Numbered from the stretch's first letter, positions 31,947 through 41,478 are shown. The stretch is 46,001 bases of DNA from a virus (IMGVR_UViG_3300029536_000014:1-46001), one strand, 5' to 3'. Notes: generated by a model not told the origin, from the sequence alone. Numbers and translations: made by a program.

Positions 31947-32298
31947 CTATTGTTTTAAATACGCAATAGAATTAAATACTATCATCGATGAATACAAAGG
32001 TGAATGTTCTTTTGATCATTTGATTAAAGTCGAACCAAAAAGCTATTCAAATTTAAGCTCTATATTTTCAAAAATTAATAATTCCGTTCACTATGTGCTG
32101 GAAAAATATGGAGACGTAAGAGAATGTCATTTGTTTTATCTCCCGGCATTTATGGGTGATACGTATAATTCGTCACTTATCAACATTGTAAAAGCAGACA
32201 ATAATGGAACGACAATCGTATTTTGTGATAATAAAGAAATCGTTCCGTCAGATTGCATCGAAAAAATAATTTGTTTTGAGGAGGAATCAAAATGTTAA
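31930..32298 (+). CDS. Hypothetical protein
   Basis: 122 aa from ATG 31930 (GGAGG upstream). Confidence 0.55.
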   Translation: MVEVTNYCFKYAIELNTIIDEYKGECSFDHLIKVEPKSYSNLSSIFSKINNSVHYVLEKYGDVRECHLFYLPAFMGDTYNSSLINIVKADNNGTTIVFCDNKEIVPSDCIEKIICFEEESKC

Positions 32299-32900
32299 AA
32301 CCACAGAATTATGACACAACACAGGCAGCAGGAGAATTTGAACCGATTGCGCTCGGCGGTCACAAGATGGTAATTAAGCAGTTATCAGAGAAAAAATCCC
32401 AGGGTGGACTTGATATGCTTGTTATCTTGTTTGATTTTGCAGACGGAGACGAGCAGGCAGGTTACTTTATGAAGCAGTTCGAAAATGATATCCGACCAGA
32501 CAAGAAATATCCGAATGCCGGTACAAACTACATGGTTATTGACGAGAGTGTAGATTATGGTGTCCGTAACCTTAAAACTTTTATCACATGCGTAGAAAAG
32601 TCAAATCCGGGATTTGCTGTTAAGTGGGGCGATAACTTCGGGCAGCAGTTCAAAGGTAAGCTGATCGGAGGCATCTTCCGTCTGGAGAAAGACTGGTACG
32701 ATAACAAAGAAGTAAAACGTCACAAGCTTGCATGGTTCCGAAGTATTGAGGGAATTAAAGATGCAGATATTCCAGAAGAGCGTACCACAAAAGCCTATGA
32801 CGATCATCTGAAAGAAAAAGCTATCATGGGAGCGAATCCGGCAGGTACGGACTTTATGAGTATTCCAGATGGAATTGATGAAGAACTTCCATTTAATTAA
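32292..32900 (+). CDS. DUF669-like ssDNA-binding protein
   Basis: 202 aa. The acidic C-terminal tip IPDGIDEELPFN resembles the SSB C-terminal DD(I/L)PF tail. Positioned after the ATPase gene. Confidence 0.6.
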   Translation: MLKPQNYDTTQAAGEFEPIALGGHKMVIKQLSEKKSQGGLDMLVILFDFADGDEQAGYFMKQFENDIRPDKKYPNAGTNYMVIDESVDYGVRNLKTFITCVEKSNPGFAVKWGDNFGQQFKGKLIGGIFRLEKDWYDNKEVKRHKLAWFRSIEGIKDADIPEERTTKAYDDHLKEKAIMGANPAGTDFMSIPDGIDEELPFN

Positions 32901-32915
32901 AAGGATGTGTTTTTA

Positions 32916-33413
32916 ATGGTTATACAAGTGGACACAAGGGAACATAAATCAGAATGGGAACGGATTCAAAAGCAGTTTGATGACCTTGGAGTGCAGTATT
33001 TTCGCTCGAAATTGTATTGTGGAGATTATCAGTCATTAGACAATGCAAAGCTCTGTATTGATCGTAAAAAGGATTTACAGGAGTTATGTGGGAATGTCTG
33101 CCAGCAGCATGAAAGATTTAAAACGGAGCTTATCAGAGCGCGTGAAGCAGGTATTCAGCTGATTATTCTATGTGAACACGGGCCAGATATTAAATCAGTT
33201 GGTGATGTGTATTTTTGGGAGAACCCAAGAAAGCACAAAGTGATCTGGAAGACGGTAAACGGTAAGAGAGTAAAGACTGTAATTTCCGATAAGGCTGTTG
33301 ATGGCTGCCAGTTATATAAATCTCTATGCACGATCAGAGATAAATACGGTGTTCGATTTGAATTCTGTACAAAAGAAGAGACTGGACGGCGAATCGTGGA
33401 GTTGCTGACATGA
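32916..33413 (+). CDS. ERCC4/XPF-type nuclease domain protein
   Basis: 165 aa. VDTREHKS...GDYQS...CIDRKKDLQEL matches the D-x-R-E...GDY...ERK pattern. Confidence 0.65.
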   Translation: MVIQVDTREHKSEWERIQKQFDDLGVQYFRSKLYCGDYQSLDNAKLCIDRKKDLQELCGNVCQQHERFKTELIRAREAGIQLIILCEHGPDIKSVGDVYFWENPRKHKVIWKTVNGKRVKTVISDKAVDGCQLYKSLCTIRDKYGVRFEFCTKEETGRRIVELLT

Positions 33414-33901
33414 CGAAAGAAGAAATTAAGCAGCAGAACAGCATGAGAGATGTTCTTTTCAGATACGGAATGATTCCGAACAGAGCTGGCTTTATCAGTT
33501 GCCCATTTCATTCCGGTGACCGTACTGCTTCAATGAAAATTTACAAAGACAGCTACTATTGCTTCGGATGTGGCGCGACAGGAGACATATTTACATTCGT
33601 TCAGAGCATGGATAATTGCGATTTTAAGACAGCTTTTAACTTACTCGGAGGAACTTACCAAAAGCCAAATTTCTCATCCAGAATGGCAATATATCACCAT
33701 CAGAAACAGATGGAAATGCGGCAGAAGGAAGAACAGAAGAAAAAGGTTGAGCTGCAAGAATGCTTGTCCGATATAGATTTCTACAGGGCTATCCTTGACA
33801 GGGCGAAACCATTGTCTGACGGATGGTGTGAAGTATGGAACAGGTTGCAACTTGCACTATATCACCATGGATTCATAACAGGACTGGAAGAAGGTGATTA
33901 A
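33410..33901 (+). CDS. Primase zinc-finger (CHC2) protein
   Basis: 163 aa. ISCPFHSGDRTASMKIYKDSYYCFGCGATGDIFTFV is the DnaG-type zf-CHC2 motif. Confidence 0.75.
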   Translation: MTKEEIKQQNSMRDVLFRYGMIPNRAGFISCPFHSGDRTASMKIYKDSYYCFGCGATGDIFTFVQSMDNCDFKTAFNLLGGTYQKPNFSSRMAIYHHQKQMEMRQKEEQKKKVELQECLSDIDFYRAILDRAKPLSDGWCEVWNRLQLALYHHGFITGLEEGD

Positions 33902-33903
33902 AA

Positions 33904-35805
33904 ATGGAAATGATAAGCAAGCTCACGAAGGACTCTATTCTGGATGAAGAAGTATTTGACGAGATATTCAGTCAGGAAGACGAGATATATAAGGCGCGTC
34001 TTACACTGACACTTCTGGACAGAGCCAAGGAGCTTGGCGTAAAGAAAAAATTTGAGGATTTGCTGAAAGCTTACACAAAAGTACAGAAGCAGATGATCGA
34101 GAAAGAGAAAAGTAATAGGACGTTGTCTATGCTGGACCAGTGGACTAATTTCTCTGATTGCGAATACGACAGAATGAAGTGCCTTAACTGGGTAGCAGAT
34201 GATGATGGGATCAGAATATCAAATACGAATCCAGGATCACCGGACATCATAGCTTGTTATCATCCTATACTTCCAATAGAGAGAATGAAGAATCTGGAGA
34301 CCGGAGAAGAACAGATAAAGCTAATCTATAAGAGGAATAATAAGTGGTCAGAGGTTATTGTTCCAAAAACCATGGTTGCGTCAGCGAGCAAAATTGTTGG
34401 TTTATCCGCGCTTGGTATTTCAGTGACTTCTGAGAATGCGAAGTTCCTTGTCCGGTATCTGTCAGACGTAGAGAATGCCAATGACGATTATATCAATATT
34501 CAATATTCATCAAGTAAAATCGGGTGGATCAGGGATTATTTTCTTCCCTATGACAAGGATATTGTGTTCGATGGAGACATGAGGTTCCGACAACTGTATG
34601 AAAGTATCAGCGTAGGTGGCAGCAGGACAGAATGGTATGAGCACGTGAAGAATGTTCGTGCTACTGGAAGAATAGAGCCGAAAATCATGCTGGCCGCAAG
34701 CTTCGCCAGTATTCTGATCAAACTGGTCGGTGCCCTTCCATTTTTTGTAGACCTCTGGGGAGAAACCGAGGGTGGTAAGACTGTAACACTTATGCTAGGA
34801 GCTTCTGTCTGGGCGAACCCTGGCGAATCCAGATACATAGGAGATTTTAAAACAACCGATGTGGCCCTTGAAGCAAAGTCTGATATGCTCAACAACTTAC
34901 CGTTGATCCTGGACGATACTTCCAAAGTATCGGCTAAAATCCGGGATAATTTCGAAGGAATTGTATATGACCTGTGTTCTGGAAAAGGAAAGAGCCGTTC
35001 CAACAAGGAGCTGGGTGTTAACCGGGAGAATCGCTGGCAGAATTGTATCCTTACTAACGGTGAACGTCCACTGGCCGGATATGTCAGCCAGGGCGGAGCG
35101 ATTAACCGAATTATTGAGGTTGAGTGCTCTGAAAAGATATTTGATGATCCGCAGCTTACCGCAGATACCCTTAAAAAGAACTACGGGCACGCTGGAATCG
35201 ATTTTGTAAATGTAGTTAAGGAAATGTCCATTGACGATATAAAAGCCATGCAGAAGCATTTTCAGAGCCTTATACAGGACGATGACAAGATGCAGAAGCA
35301 AAGTATATCAATGAGCATTATCTTGACAGCAGATAAAATCGCAACAGATCAGCTGTTCCATGATGGCCAGTACATTGACATTGAGACGGCTAAGAATCTT
35401 CTGACAGAGAAAGAAATGGTATCTGAAAACGAACGCGCTTACTGGTTCGTGCTTGATAAGATTGCTATGAACGGAATTAAGTTCGATGATAACCCGGATG
35501 TTAAGACAGAAAGATGGGGAGTTATTGACAATGATCCGGCAGAGAAGACGTCAACCGCAATAATCTATAGCGCAGCGTTTGATGATTTATGCAAAATCGG
35601 AAGATTCTCCAGGAAAGCATTTTTGTCATGGGCTGTTAAGAAGGGGCTTGTGGAAACCGACAGCAGAGGTTATCCGACCAAAGCAAAGAAACTGGATGGA
35701 ATTGTTACCAAATGTGTGTTTTTGAAAATTGTAGATGAAATTCCGAAAGGATTCGTGAATTGTAATGATGATTTTGAGATTACAGACGATATTGTATTTG
35801 ATTGA
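33904..35805 (+). CDS. DUF927-type primase/helicase (SF3-like replicative helicase)
   Basis: 633 aa. Walker A is LWGETEGGKTV and Walker B is LPLILDD. Lies upstream of the iteron origin. Confidence 0.75.
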   Translation: MEMISKLTKDSILDEEVFDEIFSQEDEIYKARLTLTLLDRAKELGVKKKFEDLLKAYTKVQKQMIEKEKSNRTLSMLDQWTNFSDCEYDRMKCLNWVADDDGIRISNTNPGSPDIIACYHPILPIERMKNLETGEEQIKLIYKRNNKWSEVIVPKTMVASASKIVGLSALGISVTSENAKFLVRYLSDVENANDDYINIQYSSSKIGWIRDYFLPYDKDIVFDGDMRFRQLYESISVGGSRTEWYEHVKNVRATGRIEPKIMLAASFASILIKLVGALPFFVDLWGETEGGKTVTLMLGASVWANPGESRYIGDFKTTDVALEAKSDMLNNLPLILDDTSKVSAKIRDNFEGIVYDLCSGKGKSRSNKELGVNRENRWQNCILTNGERPLAGYVSQGGAINRIIEVECSEKIFDDPQLTADTLKKNYGHAGIDFVNVVKEMSIDDIKAMQKHFQSLIQDDDKMQKQSISMSIILTADKIATDQLFHDGQYIDIETAKNLLTEKEMVSENERAYWFVLDKIAMNGIKFDDNPDVKTERWGVIDNDPAEKTSTAIIYSAAFDDLCKIGRFSRKAFLSWAVKKGLVETDSRGYPTKAKKLDGIVTKCVFLKIVDEIPKGFVNCNDDFEITDDIVFD

Positions 35806-35823
35806 TAAACAATTCGTCCAAAA

Positions 35824-36010
35824 GGTAACCGGGTAACCTAGGTAACCTTTGATTCTGCATATATATATTTGAGTATTTATATGCACATATTGAGTATAAA
35901 AGTTTCCCTATATGAGAAAGTCAGGGTTACTCGGTTACTCGGTTACCTACCAGTAAAATCAAGGGTTTGCGGATTTTCGCTCGGTTACTTCTCGGTTAAC
36001 GAAGGTTACT
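35824..36010. repeat. Origin of replication: inverted blocks of GGTAACC iterons flanking an AT-rich spacer
   Basis: GGTAACC at 35824, 35832 and 35841. AT-rich tract at 35848-35915. GGTTAC on the opposite sense at 35925, 35933, 35941, 35983, (35994) and 36004. Confidence 0.7.
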
Positions 36011-36027
36011 CATAAAGAAGGTGAATA

Positions 36028-36255
36028 ATGAAAGTAGAAGCTAAAGATATTCCGGTCATGCATAAGTTCATGCCAGAGTTCTGGAAGGCGATAAAAGAAT
36101 TTTACGATGTTAAAAATGATGATGAATATTTTGATGCATTACATAAAAAAATCGAGGATTTATATGAAATCTATCCAGACAGTTTGGCAAGGTATCTGTC
36201 TTTGGCCTTTTACAAATGGGCTGCAGATGCGTCAAAGGGGAAATGCAAAGTATGA
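36028..36255 (+). CDS. Hypothetical protein
   Basis: 75 aa with RBS GAAGGTG. Confidence 0.6.
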   Translation: MKVEAKDIPVMHKFMPEFWKAIKEFYDVKNDDEYFDALHKKIEDLYEIYPDSLARYLSLAFYKWAADASKGKCKV

Positions 36256-36269
36256 ATGAGGTGATAGAA

Positions 36270-36533
36270 ATGCCATATAACACAGCAAGAAAGTACTATG
36301 AGGGTATCCAGACAAGGAAAGACATATATCTATACATCATAAGATACTTGAAAGAACATAATTATCCGCCAAGCATTCCAGAAATCGCAGCAGGTCTGAG
36401 CATATCTAGCCATACCGTGCAGAATCATTTCGGCGAATTACTGGAAAGTGGTTTACTTGCGACAGACAACCCCGGTACGCCACGAGCGTATCGAGTGACA
36501 GGATATAAGTTCAGAAAGGTGAAGGAAAAATGA
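36270..36533 (+). CDS. Winged-helix (LexA-N/MarR-like) DNA-binding protein
   Basis: 87 aa from ATG 36270 (GAGGTG 6 nt upstream). IYLYIIRYLKEHNYPPSIPEIAAGLSISSHTVQNHFGELLESGLL is the wHTH pattern. Confidence 0.6.
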   Translation: MPYNTARKYYEGIQTRKDIYLYIIRYLKEHNYPPSIPEIAAGLSISSHTVQNHFGELLESGLLATDNPGTPRAYRVTGYKFRKVKEK

Positions 36534-36913
36534 GTAGCAAGTTAAAAGTCAAGAAAAAGACCAGATTTCCTGTTCAGACTTCTAATCAGGCAGCTCAGGC
36601 GTTCGGGCGGGCTATGCAGAACTGTCAGAGCCAAATTAAAGACATGGAACAGAAAGCCTATGAAGATGGCTTTGCTGTTGGTGAAGATTGGAGCAATACG
36701 ATCAACACTGTTACAACCATGATGGCTCTGAGACGTTTATATGGCTTTTCTACGAAACGTTTACTTGATGTGATAAGAACTGCCAATGAGTACGTTGAAA
36801 TGGCAAATGAGGGAAAAATGAGCGTTCTGAACATGATGCAGGACATTGAGGAGAACACAGATGTAAGATTTGACGAGATGAATAAAAATCTGGTTAAGAA
36901 GATGGGAGTTTAA
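36530..36913 (+). CDS. Hypothetical protein
   Basis: 127 aa with an ATGA overlap. Confidence 0.6.
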   Translation: MSSKLKVKKKTRFPVQTSNQAAQAFGRAMQNCQSQIKDMEQKAYEDGFAVGEDWSNTINTVTTMMALRRLYGFSTKRLLDVIRTANEYVEMANEGKMSVLNMMQDIEENTDVRFDEMNKNLVKKMGV

Positions 36914-36914
36914 A

Positions 36915-38318
36915 ATGAAATTTATAGATTTTTTCGCAGGAATCGGAGGATTTCGCAGGGGAATGGAATTGGCGGGGCATGAATGCGTTGGTTTTTGCGA
37001 ATTTGATAAATTTGCTACTGCGAGTTACATCTCAATGCACTTACTGACAGAAGAGCAGCGAAAGGCATTGGAAGATATTCCTATCAAGAAAAGACAGAAG
37101 GAAATATTAAAGGAGGAATACAGAAATGGAGAATGGTATGCAAATGACATTCGAAGAGTGTATGCCGGAGATATTCCCAAAGCAGACTGTTGGTGTTTCG
37201 GATTTCCATGCCAAGATATCTCAGTCGCAGGAAAACAAGCCGGATTTCAAGGAAACCGTTCAAGCCTGTTTTTCAGAGTTATGTACCTTGTCGTACAACT
37301 CAAAGAAGAAGATAAACCCACTTACCTTTTCATTGAGAACGTTAAAAATCTGCTTAGTGTTAATGGAGGATGGGATTTTGCCAGACTGCTCATTGAAATG
37401 GATCAGTGTGGGTATGATGCAGAATGGCAGGTGCTCAACTCCAAAGATTTCGGAGTGCCACAAAACCGGGAAAGATGTTTCATTATCGGACATCTTAGAG
37501 GGAGAAGTACCACAAAAGTATTTCCTATCGAAGGAACAGACGGAAAAAATAGTGTTTCGTTAAATCTTTTTGGTTGTCTTAATGGTAGAAATTCGCAGCG
37601 AGATAGAGTTTATAGTGACAATGGATTAGCACCAACAATCAGTACGAAGCCGGGAGGAAATACAGAACCCAAAGTATCCATATTATTTGATACAAGTTAT
37701 ATTGGTCAAGATGGAAAAGCACGCATATATGAAAATATTTGTCCAACACTAACAAGCAGAGATTATAAAGAGCCTAGAAGTGTCGGAGTAGTATGCAATG
37801 TGAACCCGTCAGGAAAAGGAATGAACGGAAATGTGTATGATTCGACTGGCTTAAGCCCTACTTTAACAACAAATAAAGGAGAGGGAAATAAGATTGTAAT
37901 CCCAGTATTGACACCAGATCGTATAGAAAAACGTCAGAATGGAAGAAGATTCAAAGAAAATGGCGAACCAATGTTTACGCTCACAAGAGCAGATATACAT
38001 GGCGTAGCGATTGAACCTACGGGATTTAATTGTGTGCCAAATGGAACATGCAATCAAGGAATATTTGTGCAGGTATCAGAAGAATTAACGGTATATGCAG
38101 TGTGGTATGAAAAATATCAGTGCTACATAGCAATCAGAAAATTAACCCCAAAAGAATGCTTTAGGTTGCAAGGTTGGTCGGATGATTATTTTGAAAAGGC
38201 TCAGTTTGTTAATTCTGACAGCCAGTTATACAAACAGGCAGGAAACGGCGTAACAGTGACAGTTATAGAAGCTATAGCAAGAAAAATGAAGGTGGAGAGC
38301 GTAAAGCTGCGCCGGTGA
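36915..38318 (+). CDS. DNA (cytosine-5) methyltransferase, orphan
   Basis: 467 aa. Motifs: I FAGIGGF, IV GFPCQDIS, VI FIENVKNL, VIII QNRERCFIIG, X GNGVTV. No restriction endonuclease gene is nearby. Confidence 0.9.
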   Translation: MKFIDFFAGIGGFRRGMELAGHECVGFCEFDKFATASYISMHLLTEEQRKALEDIPIKKRQKEILKEEYRNGEWYANDIRRVYAGDIPKADCWCFGFPCQDISVAGKQAGFQGNRSSLFFRVMYLVVQLKEEDKPTYLFIENVKNLLSVNGGWDFARLLIEMDQCGYDAEWQVLNSKDFGVPQNRERCFIIGHLRGRSTTKVFPIEGTDGKNSVSLNLFGCLNGRNSQRDRVYSDNGLAPTISTKPGGNTEPKVSILFDTSYIGQDGKARIYENICPTLTSRDYKEPRSVGVVCNVNPSGKGMNGNVYDSTGLSPTLTTNKGEGNKIVIPVLTPDRIEKRQNGRRFKENGEPMFTLTRADIHGVAIEPTGFNCVPNGTCNQGIFVQVSEELTVYAVWYEKYQCYIAIRKLTPKECFRLQGWSDDYFEKAQFVNSDSQLYKQAGNGVTVTVIEAIARKMKVESVKLRR

Positions 38319-38412
38319 TTTACATGCAGAATAATGGGCAAGTAGCATTTGGATAAGAAATCATGGAGGACTACACAATAGCGTGTCAGTTGCTTACATG
38401 GGGAAAGTGAGG

Positions 38413-38676
38413 ATGAAAATGAAAAATAATAATTACACTTCATTTTTCAAAACGAAGCCAAAGAAAGTAGAGAGATACATCCGTTGCAGAAAATGTGGCG
38501 GAAACATGGAATGGAGTAGAGACTTTCCACCACAAATCAAATGTCCGAAGTGCGGATATACTGTATATCCAAAACCTTATGAGCCAGATTGTATCAAACT
38601 GCCAGAAACATTTGAAGAATATTATGAATTATACGAGAAAGCGAGGACACAAAATGCTAATCAGAAGTCAGGATAA
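38413..38676 (+). CDS. Zinc-ribbon protein
   Basis: About 86 aa from ATG 38413/38419. Contains CRKCGGNMEW...CPKCGY (two CxxC pairs). Confidence 0.55.
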   Translation: MKMKNNNYTSFFKTKPKKVERYIRCRKCGGNMEWSRDFPPQIKCPKCGYTVYPKPYEPDCIKLPETFEEYYELYEKARTQNANQKSG

Positions 38677-38893
38677 AAGAATGATTGTAAATTTCGACAA
38701 TATTTGCACAGTATCAGCGTTTCCTGAAAAGGATAGTGAGGATATCTATGTCGAAGATGGCACAGGCTCACTCATGGTCGGAAGATATTCCGCAAAAGAA
38801 AAAGCCATGAAGGTACTGGATATGATTCAGGAAGCCTATGTAAATGGACATATTGATTATCAGATACCAGCAGATAGCGAGGTGGTTGTATGA
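38654..38893 (+). CDS. Hypothetical protein
   Basis: 79 aa from ATG 38654 (GAGGA upstream); the track start 38495 overlaps the previous gene out of frame. Confidence 0.55.
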   Translation: MLIRSQDKRMIVNFDNICTVSAFPEKDSEDIYVEDGTGSLMVGRYSAKEKAMKVLDMIQEAYVNGHIDYQIPADSEVVV

Positions 38894-39456
38894 AAAGATC
38901 TGAAACAACAAAATTTCTTAGCCAATTGCTGGAAAAAAGCTGTTTTTCTGGACCAGGTAAATACTGGGCTAGAGAAGTAAGCTTTGATTATGACTACGCA
39001 GCAGGAAAGCCAAGAAGAGTAGATTACATGCAGTTTATTCCAGAAAATCAGTGCTCTATCTCAGCAATCGAAAAAGGAATATTTACATGCTATGAAATCA
39101 AAAGCTGTAAAGAGGATATTTACAGCGGAAATGGATTAAATTTTATTGGAGAAAAAAATTACCTTGTAACAACAATGGAGTGCTACAAAGAGATTTTACC
39201 TGATTTAAAAAATGGAAAATTTGCCCAACATATACGTGAGAATTTTCCGGAATGTTACGCGGAAATAGGTAACATGGGAGTAATGGTTGCAGTTCCGTAT
39301 CAGAGAGAGGTTGACGAAGAATTCGAAAACCCAACACCACTAGATGGAGATGTGGAAAAATGGAAATTTTCGGTTGCTATAAAGTGTGAACACAATGGAT
39401 CAAGAAAAAGATCCATGACAGAACTGCTGTTTTGCATGGTAAGAAGCGGACATTGA
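38890..39456 (+). CDS. PD-(D/E)xK-like nuclease fold protein (MmcB-like), tentative
   Basis: 188 aa. RRVDYMQF...FTCYEIKSCKED has D...E-x-K spacing. Confidence 0.45.
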   Translation: MKRSETTKFLSQLLEKSCFSGPGKYWAREVSFDYDYAAGKPRRVDYMQFIPENQCSISAIEKGIFTCYEIKSCKEDIYSGNGLNFIGEKNYLVTTMECYKEILPDLKNGKFAQHIRENFPECYAEIGNMGVMVAVPYQREVDEEFENPTPLDGDVEKWKFSVAIKCEHNGSRKRSMTELLFCMVRSGH

Positions 39457-39472
39457 GAAAGGATGAGATAAT

Positions 39473-39877
39473 ATGAGCCATATCGAAGACAGATTAATTC
39501 AACTGAAGAATGAGGTGGAAAACGCAGGGAACGGAGCTTATTTCTCGAAAAATAATATCTCAAAAATTGTAGAATTACTTCTTGCTGACCTAGAACATGA
39601 CGAGAAAGAAAATGGCTGGATTCCGGTCAGCGAGAGATTGCCGGAAGAACACGATTCCATATTTGCAAAGTTTAAAGGAACGGATAACTGGAAAAGAGGA
39701 ATGTTCGAAAAAATATCTAAATATGTGATTGCTACAGTTGTATTCGATGATGGGACAGTGTTAGTAGAGCAGGCACATACTACTGATGGAATTTGGAGAA
39801 CGGATAAAAAAGTTTTAGGCGGAACAGTAGTTGCATGGATGGACTATCCAAAACCATATAGGGAGGACAGAGTATGA
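39473..39877 (+). CDS. DUF551-like protein
   Basis: 134 aa. NGWIPVSERLPEEHD is the characteristic W-I-x-V-x-x-x-LPE motif. Confidence 0.6.
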   Translation: MSHIEDRLIQLKNEVENAGNGAYFSKNNISKIVELLLADLEHDEKENGWIPVSERLPEEHDSIFAKFKGTDNWKRGMFEKISKYVIATVVFDDGTVLVEQAHTTDGIWRTDKKVLGGTVVAWMDYPKPYREDRV

Positions 39878-39975
39878 TTACATTCTTATTAGGATTTACC
39901 CTTGGAACCATATTCGGGGTGGTTGGTCTTGTATGCGTAGCAATCATGTACGATAAACACCACCCAGACGAATAG
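39874..39975 (+). CDS. 33-aa single-TM peptide
   Basis: ATGA-coupled. Product MITFLLGFTLGTIFGVVGLVCVAIMYDKHHPDE is below the track cut-off. Confidence 0.4.
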   Translation: MITFLLGFTLGTIFGVVGLVCVAIMYDKHHPDE

Positions 39976-39988
39976 AAAGGAGAACGGT

Positions 39989-40303
39989 ATGCTGACAAGG
40001 AATAAAAAGCTGAAAGACTACGGTATTCCGGCAGAGGACATAGAAAAACTGAATACGATGCTGAAAGACTTCCCGGCAGAGTACGGATACCTGCTTTCCA
40101 GTGCTGCCTTGTCAGCTTGCCCGAAAAACACGGTGATAGCGGATATGGTTATTGAAAACATCCTACACCGGAAAAGCTACAGGAAAATCAGCAAAGAAAG
40201 ATATATCCCGATGAACCCGAAAGACTTCTACGGATACAGGCGCAAGACCGTCGCTGTACTGTATGAGAGAATGCGGTTGTTTGGAGTGTGGGAGGAAAAA
40301 TAA
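39989..40303 (+). CDS. Hypothetical protein (possible transcription regulator)
   Basis: 104 aa with RBS AAAGGAG and a basic C-terminal half. Located in the region where late activators are often encoded; no family recognised. Confidence 0.55.
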   Translation: MLTRNKKLKDYGIPAEDIEKLNTMLKDFPAEYGYLLSSAALSACPKNTVIADMVIENILHRKSYRKISKERYIPMNPKDFYGYRRKTVAVLYERMRLFGVWEEK

Positions 40304-40558
40304 ATGAAAGAATATAAATGTCCAAAGCAGAAACACGTAGACGATGCTAATAGCAAACAAGACGATATTGCAAGCATCATTTATAGCACTCTCGATCATA
40401 TGTATTGCGATAATTGCAGATTCAATAGCGAAATTAAAGAAAGTGATAATGGTGAATGGAACTGTGATGAATGCCACAGAAAATATAATGGATGGGGAAT
40501 TTCCATGCAGGAAAGTAATAAAATTGCAAAAGAAATTTTAAAACAGTTAGGAGAATAG
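40304..40558 (+). CDS. Cys-rich small protein
   Basis: 84 aa containing YCDNCRF...WNCDECH. Confidence 0.55.
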   Translation: MKEYKCPKQKHVDDANSKQDDIASIIYSTLDHMYCDNCRFNSEIKESDNGEWNCDECHRKYNGWGISMQESNKIAKEILKQLGE

Positions 40559-40561
40559 AAT

Positions 40562-40831
40562 ATGAGCCGATTGATTGATGCAGACAAAATAATTGACTCT
40601 CTTGGAAATTCGGATATGGATTTTGCAATAGGTGCAGTTATTGATGAACAGCCAACAGCTTTTGATGTAGATAAGGTTGTGGAGCAGTTAAAACAATTAA
40701 AAATGAAATACTTCTTAACAATTGCAAATACGGGAGATGCCGATAAAGATTGTGCTTACGAAAATATTGCAAATACAATTGATAAAGCAATTGAAATCGT
40801 GAAAGGTGGAGGAATTAAATGGGCAGATTAA
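40562..40831 (+). CDS. RLIDADK-family small protein, paralogue A
   Basis: 89 aa. MSRLIDADKI...EQPTAFDVDKVVEQL...AIEIVKGGG is a paralogue of the next gene. Confidence 0.6.
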   Translation: MSRLIDADKIIDSLGNSDMDFAIGAVIDEQPTAFDVDKVVEQLKQLKMKYFLTIANTGDADKDCAYENIANTIDKAIEIVKGGGIKWAD

Positions 40832-41049
40832 TAGATGCAGATAAATTAAAACATGTGATACATTGTGCATATTCTGACGATTTAGAGATTCTTGAAAAGA
40901 TTGACAATCAGCCGACAGCTTTTGATGCGGAAAAAGTTACGGAATCGCTTATGGACAGATTTCGTGTTGTTTCCAATGATGAGGACTTGGAATGGAATAG
41001 AGCTATAGACTATGCTGTTAAAATCGTGGAAGGCGGTGGAGCTGAATGA
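40819..41049 (+). CDS. RLIDADK-family small protein, paralogue B
   Basis: 76 aa. MGRLIDADKL...NQPTAFDAEKVTESL...AVKIVEGGG. Confidence 0.6.
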   Translation: MGRLIDADKLKHVIHCAYSDDLEILEKIDNQPTAFDAEKVTESLMDRFRVVSNDEDLEWNRAIDYAVKIVEGGGAE

Positions 41050-41330
41050 GCAATGTATCAGTTGGGACATTAGGGAAGCTAAAAGATAGCATGGTCGGAA
41101 GAAGATATAAACACTTCAAAGGAAGAATCTATATTGTCACCGATATCGCAGTACATACAGAATCTGATGAAATCATGGTGATCTACAAGTGCTTTGCATA
41201 CCCATTTGTAACATGGTGCAGACCGTTGACTATGTTTACGAGTGATGTGGACAGAAAGAAATATCCAAATGTAAAGCAGAAAAGAAGATTTGAACCACTT
41301 TCTAAGATACAGGAGGAATCAGATGAGTAA
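41046..41330 (+). CDS. DUF1653-like protein
   Basis: 94 aa. YKHFKGRIYIVTDIAVHTESDEIMVIYKC matches the DUF1653 core pattern. Confidence 0.6.
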   Translation: MSNVSVGTLGKLKDSMVGRRYKHFKGRIYIVTDIAVHTESDEIMVIYKCFAYPFVTWCRPLTMFTSDVDRKKYPNVKQKRRFEPLSKIQEESDE

Positions 41331-41478
41331 AGGAAAAGACATTTCCACTATGTTCACAAGAGAAGAAAACAAAAAGAATGGAAGACTTGGATATTATAAT
41401 GCTACCAGAGAGAAGAAAGATGTTATCAGTCCGGCACAGTATGGAGCATTCTTGCAGAAAAGAGGTAGGAGAAAATGA
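41323..41478 (+). CDS. Small basic protein
   Basis: 51 aa from ATG 41323 (AGGAGGAA upstream). Confidence 0.45.
   Translation: MSKGKDISTMFTREENKKNGRLGYYNATREKKDVISPAQYGAFLQKRGRRK

Noticed and set aside
35824-36010. Possible CRISPR array or other spacer-repeat array
   Set aside because: The repeats are only 6-7 nt, occur in two inverted blocks with irregular 1-40 nt gaps, and flank an AT-rich tract. This is iteron-origin architecture, not repeat-spacer structure. No cas genes are present.
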